From: Dehalococcoidia bacterium
Lineage (GTDB): Bacteria > Chloroflexota > Dehalococcoidia > Lucifugimonadales > UBA2985
Assembly: GCA_965247535.1 (NCBI GenBank)
Contig: OZ252018.1
Coordinates: 1,013,046 to 1,077,045, forward strand
Direction of reading: 5' to 3'
Length of the DNA stretch: 64,000 nucleotides
Position numbers and translations under genes: made by a program. Shown here one piece after another: positions 28,524-37,036 of the stretch; within the stretch, counting starts at the first letter, position 1, and every line of letters begins with the position of its first letter. The notes beneath the pieces are model-generated. The model did no database searches. It worked only from the letters and a program-made list of their open reading frames with translations, and was not told the origin of the DNA.

Positions 28524-28631
28524 CCAGCGCAGGCCTACCCTTCCCGGGCAGGCCGGTCTTGGCACGCTGCCACCGACTCCTCGTGCCATGGCCCAATGAG
28601 GCGTCCGCAATTCTGGAGTGAGGAGGACACC

Positions 28632-29900
28632 ATGGCAAAGCCCCTACCCTTGGAGGGCGTTCGCGTACTGGACTTCACACACATCGTGGCTGGGCCGCAG
28701 TGCACCCGCATTCTCGGTGACCTGGGCGCACAGGTCATCAAGGTGGAGCAGGGCCAGGCCATGGACGTCACACGCTCCGCCGCTCTCGGCGGCATAGGCG
28801 GGATACCGGGCGTCAACCGCAGCGGCATGTTCGAGTACTTCAATCGCAACAAGCTGAGCATTACCATCAACGCCCTGATGCCCGCCGGCCTGGACCTCAT
28901 CAAGAAGCTGGTGTCCGTTTCGGACATTGTGATCGAGAACTTCAGCTCCCGCGTCCTGGAGCGGTGGGGTCTCTCCTACGAGGAGCAGTGCGAGCTGAAG
29001 AAGGACATCATCTACGTGAGCATAACCGGCTTCGGTCACATAGGCCGCCTGCGCGACTACAGCACTTGGGGGCCCACGGCCCAGGCCCTGTCCGGTCTGA
29101 CATTCATGTCCGGCCTTCCCGGCGAGCGGCCGGCAGGCTGGGGCTACAGCTTCCTCGATCATACGGCAGGCTACAACGCCGCCATCGCCACTCTCATGGC
29201 GTTGCATCACCGCAACCGCACCGGCGAGGGCCAGTGGCTGGACGTGTCGCAGGTGGAGAGCGGCATGGTGCTGACCGGCCCAGCCGTCCTGGACTATACC
29301 GCCAACGGCCGGCCGTATCGCAGGCCCGGCAACCCGACGGGCAATCGCTCCAGTAACCCGCGCGTCGCGCCCCACAACGCCTACCGCTGCGCAGGCGACG
29401 ACGAAATAGTGGCCGGCGAGCCACGGCAGCGCTGGTGCGTCATCTCCATCTTCACGGAAGAGGACTGGCAGAAGTTCTGCAAGGCGATCGGCTCGCCCGA
29501 GTGGACGTCCGATCCTAAGTTCGCAACCAACGCCGATCGCGTCGCCAACGAGGACGAGCTCGACCGCCTGATCGAGCAGTGGACCATCGACAAGATGCCC
29601 CACGAGGTCATGCACCGCCTGCAGAGCGCGGGCGTGGCCGCAGGCGCGGTCCAGACCAACGAGGACAAGGTGGTGCGAGACCCACAGCTTCGCTCACGGG
29701 AGTTCATTCAGAAGGTGCCGCACAGGGAGGTAGAGGAGCCGTTCGAGACCGACAGCCTGCCGTTCAAGTTCTCCCACACGGAGCACAGGATACGGCAGGG
29801 GTCGCCGCCGCTGGGGTCGGACACCAACTTCATTCTGACCGAAGTGCTGGGCCTCAGCGAGGCTGAGATAGCTGAGATGTCCGAACAGGCGGTGTTCTAG
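28632..29900 (+). CDS. Family III CoA-transferase (CaiB/BaiF family)
   Basis: Start at ATG 28632 after GAGGAGG. The N-terminus is MAKPLPLEGVRVLDFTHIVAGPQCTRILGDLGAQVIKVE. The upstream 87 codons of the track ORF have no support. Confidence 0.9.
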   Translation: MAKPLPLEGVRVLDFTHIVAGPQCTRILGDLGAQVIKVEQGQAMDVTRSAALGGIGGIPGVNRSGMFEYFNRNKLSITINALMPAGLDLIKKLVSVSDIVIENFSSRVLERWGLSYEEQCELKKDIIYVSITGFGHIGRLRDYSTWGPTAQALSGLTFMSGLPGERPAGWGYSFLDHTAGYNAAIATLMALHHRNRTGEGQWLDVSQVESGMVLTGPAVLDYTANGRPYRRPGNPTGNRSSNPRVAPHNAYRCAGDDEIVAGEPRQRWCVISIFTEEDWQKFCKAIGSPEWTSDPKFATNADRVANEDELDRLIEQWTIDKMPHEVMHRLQSAGVAAGAVQTNEDKVVRDPQLRSREFIQKVPHREVEEPFETDSLPFKFSHTEHRIRQGSPPLGSDTNFILTEVLGLSEAEIAEMSEQAVF

Positions 29901-29938
29901 TCGATGAGGCACCGCCGGCCGGTGCAGCGAGGAGCGAA

Positions 29939-31216
29939 ATGACGATAACGAGCAACCTCGATTCACAGCCCATGGCCCTGGAAGACCTGGTCGTCATCGA
30001 CCTGACGGACGAGAAGGGCATGTACATGGGCAAGATGATGGCGGACATGGGCGCAAGGGTGACCATCGTGGAGCCGCCGGCGGGCCATCCGGCGCGGCAC
30101 ATCGGCCCTTTCTACCAGGACAGGCCGGACCCCAACAACAGCCTGCTCTTCTGGTACCACAGCACCAACAAGGAGAGCATCACGCTGGACATCACCACTG
30201 GCCGCGGCGCCTCCATACTCAAGGAGATGGTGAAGAAGGCGGACGTGGTGCTGGAGTCGTTTCAGCCTGGCTACCTGGACTCCCTCGGCCTAGGCTATGA
30301 AGAGCTGTCCAAGATCAACCCGCGGATAGTGATGACGTCGCTGACGCCGTTCGGTCAGACGGGGCCCTACAGGGACATGAAGGCGTCCGACCTGGTGTCC
30401 ATGGCCATGGGCGGCATCATGGCCAGCTGCGGCTACGATCACATCGAGGACGCGCCTCCCATCTGCAGCGACGGCTGGATGGGCTATGCGACGGGCTGCA
30501 ACTTCGGCGTGATGGGCACCATGACCGCCGTGGTCTATCGTGACTTCACGGACCAGGGCCAGTGGGTCGACGTGTCCATCCACGAGTCGCTTTCCTGCAC
30601 GACCGAGGCTGCCATGCCCAACTGGTTCTTCGATAGGAAGGTGCCGATCCGCCAGACGGGGCGACACCACGGCCTCACGCCCACGCCGTCGAGCCAGTTC
30701 ACCAGCTCCGACAACAAGCTCATAAACGGATTCGACATTCCGCCCAGGTCGCTCGACCGGTGGAACCGCATGGTGACGTGGATGGACGAGAAGGAGATGG
30801 CGGAGGGCCTCAAGGAGGACAAGTACCGGGAGCTAATCAGCCAGGGCGTGCGCAGCGGCCCGGAGATGGACTTCCTCAGGGAGCGAATCGAGGAGTTCAT
30901 CGCCGCGCAGCCCGCGGACGAGTCCTACCACGGTGGCCAGGAGATCAGGCTTGCGTGGGCGGTGATCCGCTCGCCGGAGGAGAACCTGGAGGACGAGCAC
31001 TTCCGCGACGATAGAGGCTTCTTCCCGGAGGTGGAGCACCCGGAGCTTGGAAAGTCGTTTGCCTATCCCGGCCACCCGGCGATGTTCAGCAAGACACCGT
31101 GGCGAATGCGCCGCCGTGCGCCGATGCTTGGCGAAGACAACGAGCGTGTCCTGAGCCAGGAGATGGGCTTCAGCCCGTCCGAGATGGTGCTCCTCCGCGA
31201 GAGCAGGGTGATCTAG
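29939..31216 (+). CDS. Family III CoA-transferase (CaiB/BaiF family), second paralogue
   Basis: LEDLVVIDLTDEKGMYMGKMMADMGARVTIVEPP and the overall architecture match family III. 425 aa. Confidence 0.85.
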   Translation: MTITSNLDSQPMALEDLVVIDLTDEKGMYMGKMMADMGARVTIVEPPAGHPARHIGPFYQDRPDPNNSLLFWYHSTNKESITLDITTGRGASILKEMVKKADVVLESFQPGYLDSLGLGYEELSKINPRIVMTSLTPFGQTGPYRDMKASDLVSMAMGGIMASCGYDHIEDAPPICSDGWMGYATGCNFGVMGTMTAVVYRDFTDQGQWVDVSIHESLSCTTEAAMPNWFFDRKVPIRQTGRHHGLTPTPSSQFTSSDNKLINGFDIPPRSLDRWNRMVTWMDEKEMAEGLKEDKYRELISQGVRSGPEMDFLRERIEEFIAAQPADESYHGGQEIRLAWAVIRSPEENLEDEHFRDDRGFFPEVEHPELGKSFAYPGHPAMFSKTPWRMRRRAPMLGEDNERVLSQEMGFSPSEMVLLRESRVI

Positions 31217-31226
31217 CCGGGCGATT

Positions 31227-31586
31227 CTACCGAGCCGGGTCTGCGCGAAGGTATGCGTCGGAGCCGTCCAGCCAGTCCGTGCGTATGGGGCCGAACGCGT
31301 CGATGTCGTCGGTTTCCTCCAGCGCTTCGGCGCTGTGCTCGACGAACGACGGTATGACGAGCGTCTCGCCGGCGTGCACTACCATCTCCTCACCCGCGAC
31401 GACGAAGCGAAGGGCGCCGCTGACCACGTGGGTTATCTGCTCACTCTCGTGGGTGTGGGCGGGAACCTTGGCGCCCTTTGGGAAGTGCAGGCGTCCCAGC
31501 ATCACTTTGTCGCCGGTGACTATGCGACGAGTGATGCCCTCAATGAGCCGGTCCTCTTGAATTCGATCCCAGGCTACTGGGTCCAT
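31227..31586 (-). CDS. Cupin-domain protein
   Basis: 119 aa. Two-His/Glu cupin motifs (PAHTHESEQITHVVSG ... HAGETLVIPSFVEHS). Confidence 0.75.
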   Translation of the reverse strand: MDPVAWDRIQEDRLIEGITRRIVTGDKVMLGRLHFPKGAKVPAHTHESEQITHVVSGALRFVVAGEEMVVHAGETLVIPSFVEHSAEALEETDDIDAFGPIRTDWLDGSDAYLRADPAR

Positions 31587-31749
31587 TTGGGTCCTCCTTG
31601 CGCCTGAGGTGTTTCAATGTGCGCGGCTGTCATTGTAGCCGCCAACGAAGGGCGTGAGAAGCGCGCGGGGCGGGCGGGTCAACCTCCTACCGCCGTCATC
31701 CCTGCGGAAGCAGACCTTTGCGTAACTCGCGTCCAAGACGCGTTCCAAT

Positions 31750-32080
31750 GTCATTCTGAGCGCAGCGAAGAATCCAAGACGATCGTGCAATGTCGGCCCT
31801 ACGAGGGCAGGACCGGTCCGGTTCTGGGGACGGGTGGTGGAGCCAGCAGAGGCTTTGGATTCTTCGGCTCCACTGCGCTGAGTTTATCCTGAGCGTAGCC
31901 GAAGGACTCAGAATGACAAGTGAAGGGCATTTCCTAGCGGACAACGCTGGAGCTAATCAAGAGTCTGCGGAAGCAGGGAGCTGGCACCCGGGCGAGGCGG
32001 ATAGCAGGCCGCGCCACTATGCCGCGGGGCGCGCATGATGGCGGCAGGCTTTGGACTCTTCGCTGCGCTCAGAGTGACCA
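31750..32080. repeat. Composite of family-A inverted repeat units (GTCATTCTGAGCGCAGCGAAGAATCC and variants)
   Basis: Forward unit at 31750-31775. Reverse units at 31857-31917 (with two insertions) and 32055-32080 (GGACTCTTCGCTGCGCTCAGAGTGAC). Related units lie at 36967-37014, 62256-62281 and 62366-62402, and a degenerate one at about 27432. Confidence 0.8.
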
Positions 32081-32105
32081 CGGTAGCAGGCGGCCGCGCC
32101 GCGGC

Positions 32106-32939
32106 CTACTGCTGGCGTGCCCGCCGCTCTCCGGCAGAAGCCGCGTTGCCGTATGCGGAAGCTCGCGCTGCCGCAGTCTTCGGCATGGCGTGGGATGTGG
32201 TGAACAGACCTGCAAACTGCTGTTCGGCCTCGTGCAGCTCCTCCTCCGTGTCGATCTCCGTCCACATGCGCTTGCCGGCGAGGTGGACCGCCATCTGAAG
32301 CTCTCCGCGGCCGATGAGGTCTGACATAACCGCCTCGTAGTACTCGCCGGTGAGTCCCTGGGATACGAATGCGTCCAACCTTGGAACAATCGCCGTGGAC
32401 AGGCTCTCGCGTGAGAGCGTGTAGATATTGACTGTCTTGAGTGCGCGCGTGAAGTCGAATTCGGGCGACTGCTGTGACTTTAGCACCATCGCCGTGCTGA
32501 CGCCGTCTTGGGCCAGAATCACGGTGCCGTTCATTGGCGGACGGAAGCGATCGACCACCGCCACGTTGCTGCTTTGATTCCTGAGCATGTCCTGGAGCAG
32601 CCCGTACTCGTAGACCAGGTCGCCCTCCAGGAGCAGCACGTCGTCGTTGAGCTCGTGGCGGGCTAGCCAGAGCGAGTAGATGTTGTTCGTGCGGTCGTAG
32701 ACCTCGTTGGCGACGTACTTGACGTCGATGCGTCCGAATCGGGTCCCGATTCGTCTGCGCACCATGTCGCCTAGGTAGCCAACCACAATCACGCACTCCC
32801 TGAACCCGGCCCTGTCGAGGTACTCCATCTGGTACTCGATCATGGGCCGGCGGTACATTGGCACCAGGCACTTTGGCAGGTTGTTGGTGAGCGGACGTAG
32901 TCTTGACCCCTGGCCGGCTGCGAGTATGACTGCCTTCAT
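32106..32939 (-). CDS. LicC-like nucleotidyl(cytidylyl)transferase
   Basis: MKAVILAAGQGSRLRPLTNNLPKCLVPMYRRPMIEYQMEYL and the C-terminal W.EIDTEEEL closely parallel phosphocholine cytidylyltransferase LicC. The ATG overlaps the upstream stop (ATGA). Confidence 0.8.
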   Translation of the reverse strand: MKAVILAAGQGSRLRPLTNNLPKCLVPMYRRPMIEYQMEYLDRAGFRECVIVVGYLGDMVRRRIGTRFGRIDVKYVANEVYDRTNNIYSLWLARHELNDDVLLLEGDLVYEYGLLQDMLRNQSSNVAVVDRFRPPMNGTVILAQDGVSTAMVLKSQQSPEFDFTRALKTVNIYTLSRESLSTAIVPRLDAFVSQGLTGEYYEAVMSDLIGRGELQMAVHLAGKRMWTEIDTEEELHEAEQQFAGLFTTSHAMPKTAAARASAYGNAASAGERRARQQ

Positions 32940-34054
32940 CGCTGTGCACCTCCTGCTGCGCTGGCTGCCCCGCTAGCGGCTTCCGGCCGTGCAAGGTCCA
33001 TTAGGGCCTCCACTAGCTGCGCGTTCTCCTCCGCGGTGCGGGACGCCATCCTGACGTATTTGCCGTCCAGGCCGCGCTTGCGGCCGCAGTCGTTGATCAG
33101 GATCCGGCTCTGCTCGAACAGGCGCGTGGTCAGCTCGGTCGATGTGAGGCCGTCGGCCACGCGGCTAAAGACGAAGTTGGCATGCGTGGGATAGGGTGTG
33201 AGGTAAGGCACGTCCTCCAGGCCGTCGTGGAGAAGACGCGTAGCCCGTCTCACCTCGGCGCACGACTCGATGAACTCCTGCCGGAACTCCCCGATGGTTT
33301 CGAGGTAGAACTGCGCCAGGGAGTTTATGCCCCAGATGGGCAGGTGGCTGCGCAGCTCCGCGATCCTGCTCTGGTTCGCGGAGGCGGCATAACCAAGGCG
33401 CAGTCCGGGGATGCCGTAGGCCTTGGACAGGCTCTTCAGCACGATCGCGTTTGGGTAGTCGGCGAGGTGAGGCATGATGGACGGGTGCGGGTCCGCGTCC
33501 ACGAAGTCGATGAACGACTCGTCGACGATGACAAGGTCGAGGCCGCGCAGCGCGTCCAGGAACCGCATGACGTCTGCCTTCGAAGTGGATAGCCCGGTCG
33601 GATTGTTCGGGTTGATGAGAAGGGCCGCGTTGGATCCGGACTCCAGAACGTGACGCGCAAAATCTTCCACGTCCAGGTGGAAGTCGCCGGTGAGCTGGTA
33701 GGCGGACACGGTCTTGCCCTGCGTTGCCGCGCGGTTCACGAACTCGTCGAAGGTGGGGACGGCCACCGCCAGGCGTGAAACGAACCGGTCCGAAATGGCG
33801 CTGATGAGCTCGCTTGCGCCGTTGGCAATGACCAGCTCCTCGTGGGTCAGGCCGAGCGGCTGGGCCGCGAGGGAGGAGAGGTACCAGTTGGTGGACGGGT
33901 AGGACTTCACAAGCCGGGTCAGCCTCCGGCTCAGGGCCTCGATGAAGGAGTCCGGCGGGAAGTACTGGTTAGTCATGTAGCAGAAGTCGCGGACGTCAAA
34001 GCTCCAGAATCCGCCGTAGAGTGACGAGTAGTAGCGGATGTCTCGGTTGTCCAT
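32936..34054 (-). CDS. Class I/II PLP-dependent enzyme, CobD/HisC-like (phospho-amino-acid decarboxylase or aminotransferase)
   Basis: NPNNPTG, DESFIDF, LKSLSKAYGIPGLRLGY (PLP lysine), YPTHANFVF and ...YVRMASRTAEEN parallel the L-threonine-O-3-phosphate decarboxylase / histidinol-phosphate aminotransferase motifs. Confidence 0.8.
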   Translation of the reverse strand: MDNRDIRYYSSLYGGFWSFDVRDFCYMTNQYFPPDSFIEALSRRLTRLVKSYPSTNWYLSSLAAQPLGLTHEELVIANGASELISAISDRFVSRLAVAVPTFDEFVNRAATQGKTVSAYQLTGDFHLDVEDFARHVLESGSNAALLINPNNPTGLSTSKADVMRFLDALRGLDLVIVDESFIDFVDADPHPSIMPHLADYPNAIVLKSLSKAYGIPGLRLGYAASANQSRIAELRSHLPIWGINSLAQFYLETIGEFRQEFIESCAEVRRATRLLHDGLEDVPYLTPYPTHANFVFSRVADGLTSTELTTRLFEQSRILINDCGRKRGLDGKYVRMASRTAEENAQLVEALMDLARPEAASGAASAAGGAQR

Positions 34055-34651
34055 ACGTATAGCTCTCCTCAGGTGTAACGTAAGCAGGCTGGCCGGTCGG
34101 ACGGTTCAATGGGTGTCCGGCCTTAAATCTCTGGGACAGGGTGAGAAAGGGACTTGGGAATGGCAGTAGCCGCAAATTAGCTTGGGCTGCTGCGCTGCAG
34201 TGCGAAGCTGCGCCGGTAATACCTATGGCCGGTGCAGGCTCGGAGGTTCCACAGAGGTGCGGCCGGAATGGCTGATGATTCTGCCGCCGTGCAGCTCAGG
34301 AGGGAGCGTGAAATGCGTGGCGGTTGAGTCGCTCAGGACCATCGGACGTCCCCCTTTCTGCACGCGTAATACCGGCTCGGGCGTCTTTAACGGAACGCCA
34401 ACCGGCTGACTCGATACTATTTCAGCGTGGAGTTCTTGTCAAGCGCTTGGTTTCGTGATGCGGACGACTAAAGTAGTCTAACCAAACGTCAACGGCGTGG
34501 GGCGCGAGTCGTGCCCTTCACCTCATCCGAGAAGCCTACGCTGGCCGGACAAGCGGGCACGACGACGTTCCGGCCGCCTTGGCGTGTCAATCCACGCCAT
34601 CTCTGCTACCATATGTGCAGCGTACCAGATAGAATCAGCAGAGGTGCAGCC

Positions 34652-35326
34652 ATGAGCCAGGAGCTCGGTCGAATGGAGCGGCCCTCATCAGAGGCGTTCC
34701 GGGGCAAGAGGAAGCTGCTTCTGGTGCCCCGCGTGTACCCGCCTCCCGTAGATGAGGCTGAGGGCAGCGCCATCGTGGAGCTCTACTGGGATCAGGTCCG
34801 CGCCCAGGTCGCATCATTGGAGTCGGGCCTCGGCCCGGTCAGGCACGTCTATCACGAGAGCGTGACGGACGGCGGTGTGGAGGCGCTTGCCAGGATGGAG
34901 AGCGTGGACGGGCAATGCCACGCGTTCATAGCGGCGAGGTGCGCCGCCGGAGCCTCGTACGAGGCCACTGAGGACGCGGAGGCCCTGCTGGACACCCTCG
35001 ACCTGCAGGGCTGCCTCATGCTGCCGTTCGCAAGCTCGCGCGTGCCCGCCATGCTGCGCGAGTGGCTCGCGGACGGCACCCGCAGGCGGTACGAGTACGT
35101 GGCTCAACGCATCGACGAGACGCTCGGCGAAGACGAGGTCGGAGTTCTGTTCATCAACGAGCGGCACCAGATCCAGTTTCCCGAAGGCGTGGAGGTGTTC
35201 TTCGTGGCGCCGCCCGCCCTCGACGAGTACCGGCGGTGGCTGAGCGGATGGGCCGATAGGCGGAATGCCGCGTACTCAGAGCGCGTGCCGGACGAATACT
35301 CGCATGAAAACTCCGAGGCGGACTGA
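34652..35326 (+). CDS. Hypothetical protein (224 aa)
   Basis: Start chosen at ATG 34652 (GAGGTG 7 nt upstream). Coding-like composition. No family recognised. Confidence 0.5.
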   Translation: MSQELGRMERPSSEAFRGKRKLLLVPRVYPPPVDEAEGSAIVELYWDQVRAQVASLESGLGPVRHVYHESVTDGGVEALARMESVDGQCHAFIAARCAAGASYEATEDAEALLDTLDLQGCLMLPFASSRVPAMLREWLADGTRRRYEYVAQRIDETLGEDEVGVLFINERHQIQFPEGVEVFFVAPPALDEYRRWLSGWADRRNAAYSERVPDEYSHENSEAD

Positions 35327-35371
35327 TGCGAAACTGGTAATCAGGTAGAGCTAATCCAGAGGAGGTACAGT

Positions 35372-36337
35372 GTGAAGGCCATCAGAATTCACTTCCTTGA
35401 CGACGGCGACGAGCTACGGTTGGAGGACGTTCCGAATCCAGAGCTTGAGGCGAGCCAGGTCATGATCAAGGCCCAGGCGATCGGGCTGAATCGCGCCGAC
35501 CTCTATCGCAGGCGCACGGCCCCGGATGGACAGCCGGAGCCTCCCAGGATTCCCGGGCTGGACGTGGCCGGAGTGGTCGAAGCGGTGGGCGCGGAGGTAA
35601 CCGGCTGGCAGGCCGGCGACTCGGTTACGGCGCTCGTGAGGGGCGCCTATGCGGAGTACGCAGTCACAAACGCCGCGCTGGCGTATCGCCCTCCCGCCGG
35701 CATGTCCATGACCGACGCGGCCTCTCTGCCGTGCGTCTTCCTCACCGCGTGGTACGCATTTCAGATGGCGGGACTCGCTCCAGGACAGACGGCGTTGATC
35801 CACGCGGCGGGCAGCGGGGTCGGCATGGCGGGCATACAGCTGGCGAAGGCGCTCGGAGCGCGCGTGCTCACCAGCGCCGGTTCGGACGAGCGCGTGGCTC
35901 GGGGGTGCGAGCTTGGCGCGGAGGCGGGCGTAAACTACTCCAGCCAGGACGTCGCGGAGGAGCTGCTGCGCCTTACGGACGGCCGGGGCGTGGACATGGC
36001 GCTGGACACGGTCGGGGGCGCCACATTCGATGCGACACTGAAGGCGCTCGCGGAGGGTGGCCGCGTTGTCACGGTGGGCGGCCACACCGGCCCGCGCTCA
36101 GAGTACGAGGAGCGGGAGCTGGAGCGGAAGGGGCAGTGGGTGAAGGCGATGGGCGTGTTCAACGAGGCTCAGGCGGACGAGGCCCAGGCGGGCTGGGAAC
36201 AGATGCTGGCGTGGTTCGAGGACGGGACGCTGCGCACCATCGTGCAGGAGGTCCTGCCGTGGACCGAGGCCACGCGGGCGCAGGAGCTGCTCAACAGCCG
36301 TGGCGTGTTCGGGAAGATCGTGATGGAGGTAGGCTGA
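35372..36337 (+). CDS. NADPH:quinone oxidoreductase / zinc-type alcohol dehydrogenase superfamily (MDR)
   Basis: 321 aa. GLNRADL, AAGSGVGMAGIQLAK (Rossmann GxGxxG) and the typical Qor layout. GGAGG lies before the GTG start. Confidence 0.85.
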   Translation: MKAIRIHFLDDGDELRLEDVPNPELEASQVMIKAQAIGLNRADLYRRRTAPDGQPEPPRIPGLDVAGVVEAVGAEVTGWQAGDSVTALVRGAYAEYAVTNAALAYRPPAGMSMTDAASLPCVFLTAWYAFQMAGLAPGQTALIHAAGSGVGMAGIQLAKALGARVLTSAGSDERVARGCELGAEAGVNYSSQDVAEELLRLTDGRGVDMALDTVGGATFDATLKALAEGGRVVTVGGHTGPRSEYEERELERKGQWVKAMGVFNEAQADEAQAGWEQMLAWFEDGTLRTIVQEVLPWTEATRAQELLNSRGVFGKIVMEVG

Positions 36338-36396
36338 TCGCGTAGCACGCTCATGGTGAGCTTGCCTATTCTTCAAGGCATGGGGAGATTCGAAGT

Positions 36397-36792
36397 CTAT
36401 GGTAAGGCAGGCCAGTAGCCTTCCACGGGGTAGGCTTCGTCGTGGCCAGGCCAAGGCGGCATGGTAACGATCACGAACTTCAGGGCGCGGTCGCCGGTTG
36501 CCCTGAACTGGAAGTGAACCCTAACAGGAATCGACAGGCTACCTCCTGGGGTCACGTCCACGACCCTCTCCTCGTCGCCATGCTTGCGCCAGACCTGTCC
36601 TGTGCCCTCAAGGAAGTACCACACTTCTTCAACCGACCTGTGGGCAACAGGCGCTGACACCTCTCCCCGACCCAGAGTGCAGTGGACCATGCTCCCTCGG
36701 CTCGTCTCTGACAGCAGCCGAATCTCCGAGCCGTCCGGGGCAAGGGCGTCCCGGTCGTTGGCAAGCACTCTGTAGTCCAACTCCAATTTCAT
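36397..36792 (-). CDS. Cupin-domain protein
   Basis: 131 aa. HRSVEEVWYFLEGTGQVW ... GGSLSIPVRVHFQFR cupin motifs. Confidence 0.7.
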   Translation of the reverse strand: MKLELDYRVLANDRDALAPDGSEIRLLSETSRGSMVHCTLGRGEVSAPVAHRSVEEVWYFLEGTGQVWRKHGDEERVVDVTPGGSLSIPVRVHFQFRATGDRALKFVIVTMPPWPGHDEAYPVEGYWPALP

Positions 36793-36966
36793 GCTGTTTC
36801 ACCCACCACAACGAATAATGAGCTTGCCCCATTTACTGTGCCAGTCTGAATGCGTGATTTGCGGGTCATTGAATCCCTGCCGAAGCTGGCAGGGCAAAGG
36901 CCTCCGGGGCCAGGTCTCCCAGAGCGCCATGGCTGCATTCAGCTTGCTACTCTGCACGGACGTCCT

Positions 36967-37014
36967 GGAATCCTCGACTGTGCTCCGCTTGCCCTCGGCT
37001 TCGCTCGGAATGAC
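36967..37014 (-). repeat. Solo family-A repeat unit with an internal insertion
   Basis: The reverse complement reads GTCATTCCGAGCG[AAGCCGAGGGCAAGCGGAGCAC]AGTCGAGGATTCC. It sits between the DUF1786 stop and the cupin start. Confidence 0.7.
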
Positions 37015-37036
37015 GTGGTGGTTGGCGGGCGCCGTC

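Noticed and set aside
31600-32105. CRISPR array hypothesis for the repeat-rich spacers (also 46950-47290 and 62256-62402).
   Set aside because: The repeats are in inverted rather than direct orientation and are irregularly spaced. They come from several unrelated sequence families, and no cas genes are nearby.
34055-34400. Possible cobalamin riboswitch upstream of the CobD-like gene.
   Set aside because: There are only loose resemblances (AGGGGGA..., CCGCCAC, a CCUGCACCGGCC B12-box-like string). The GGUGAAAxUCC / GCCACUG core could not be aligned by eye. The downstream nucleotidyltransferase is LicC-like rather than CobY-like.
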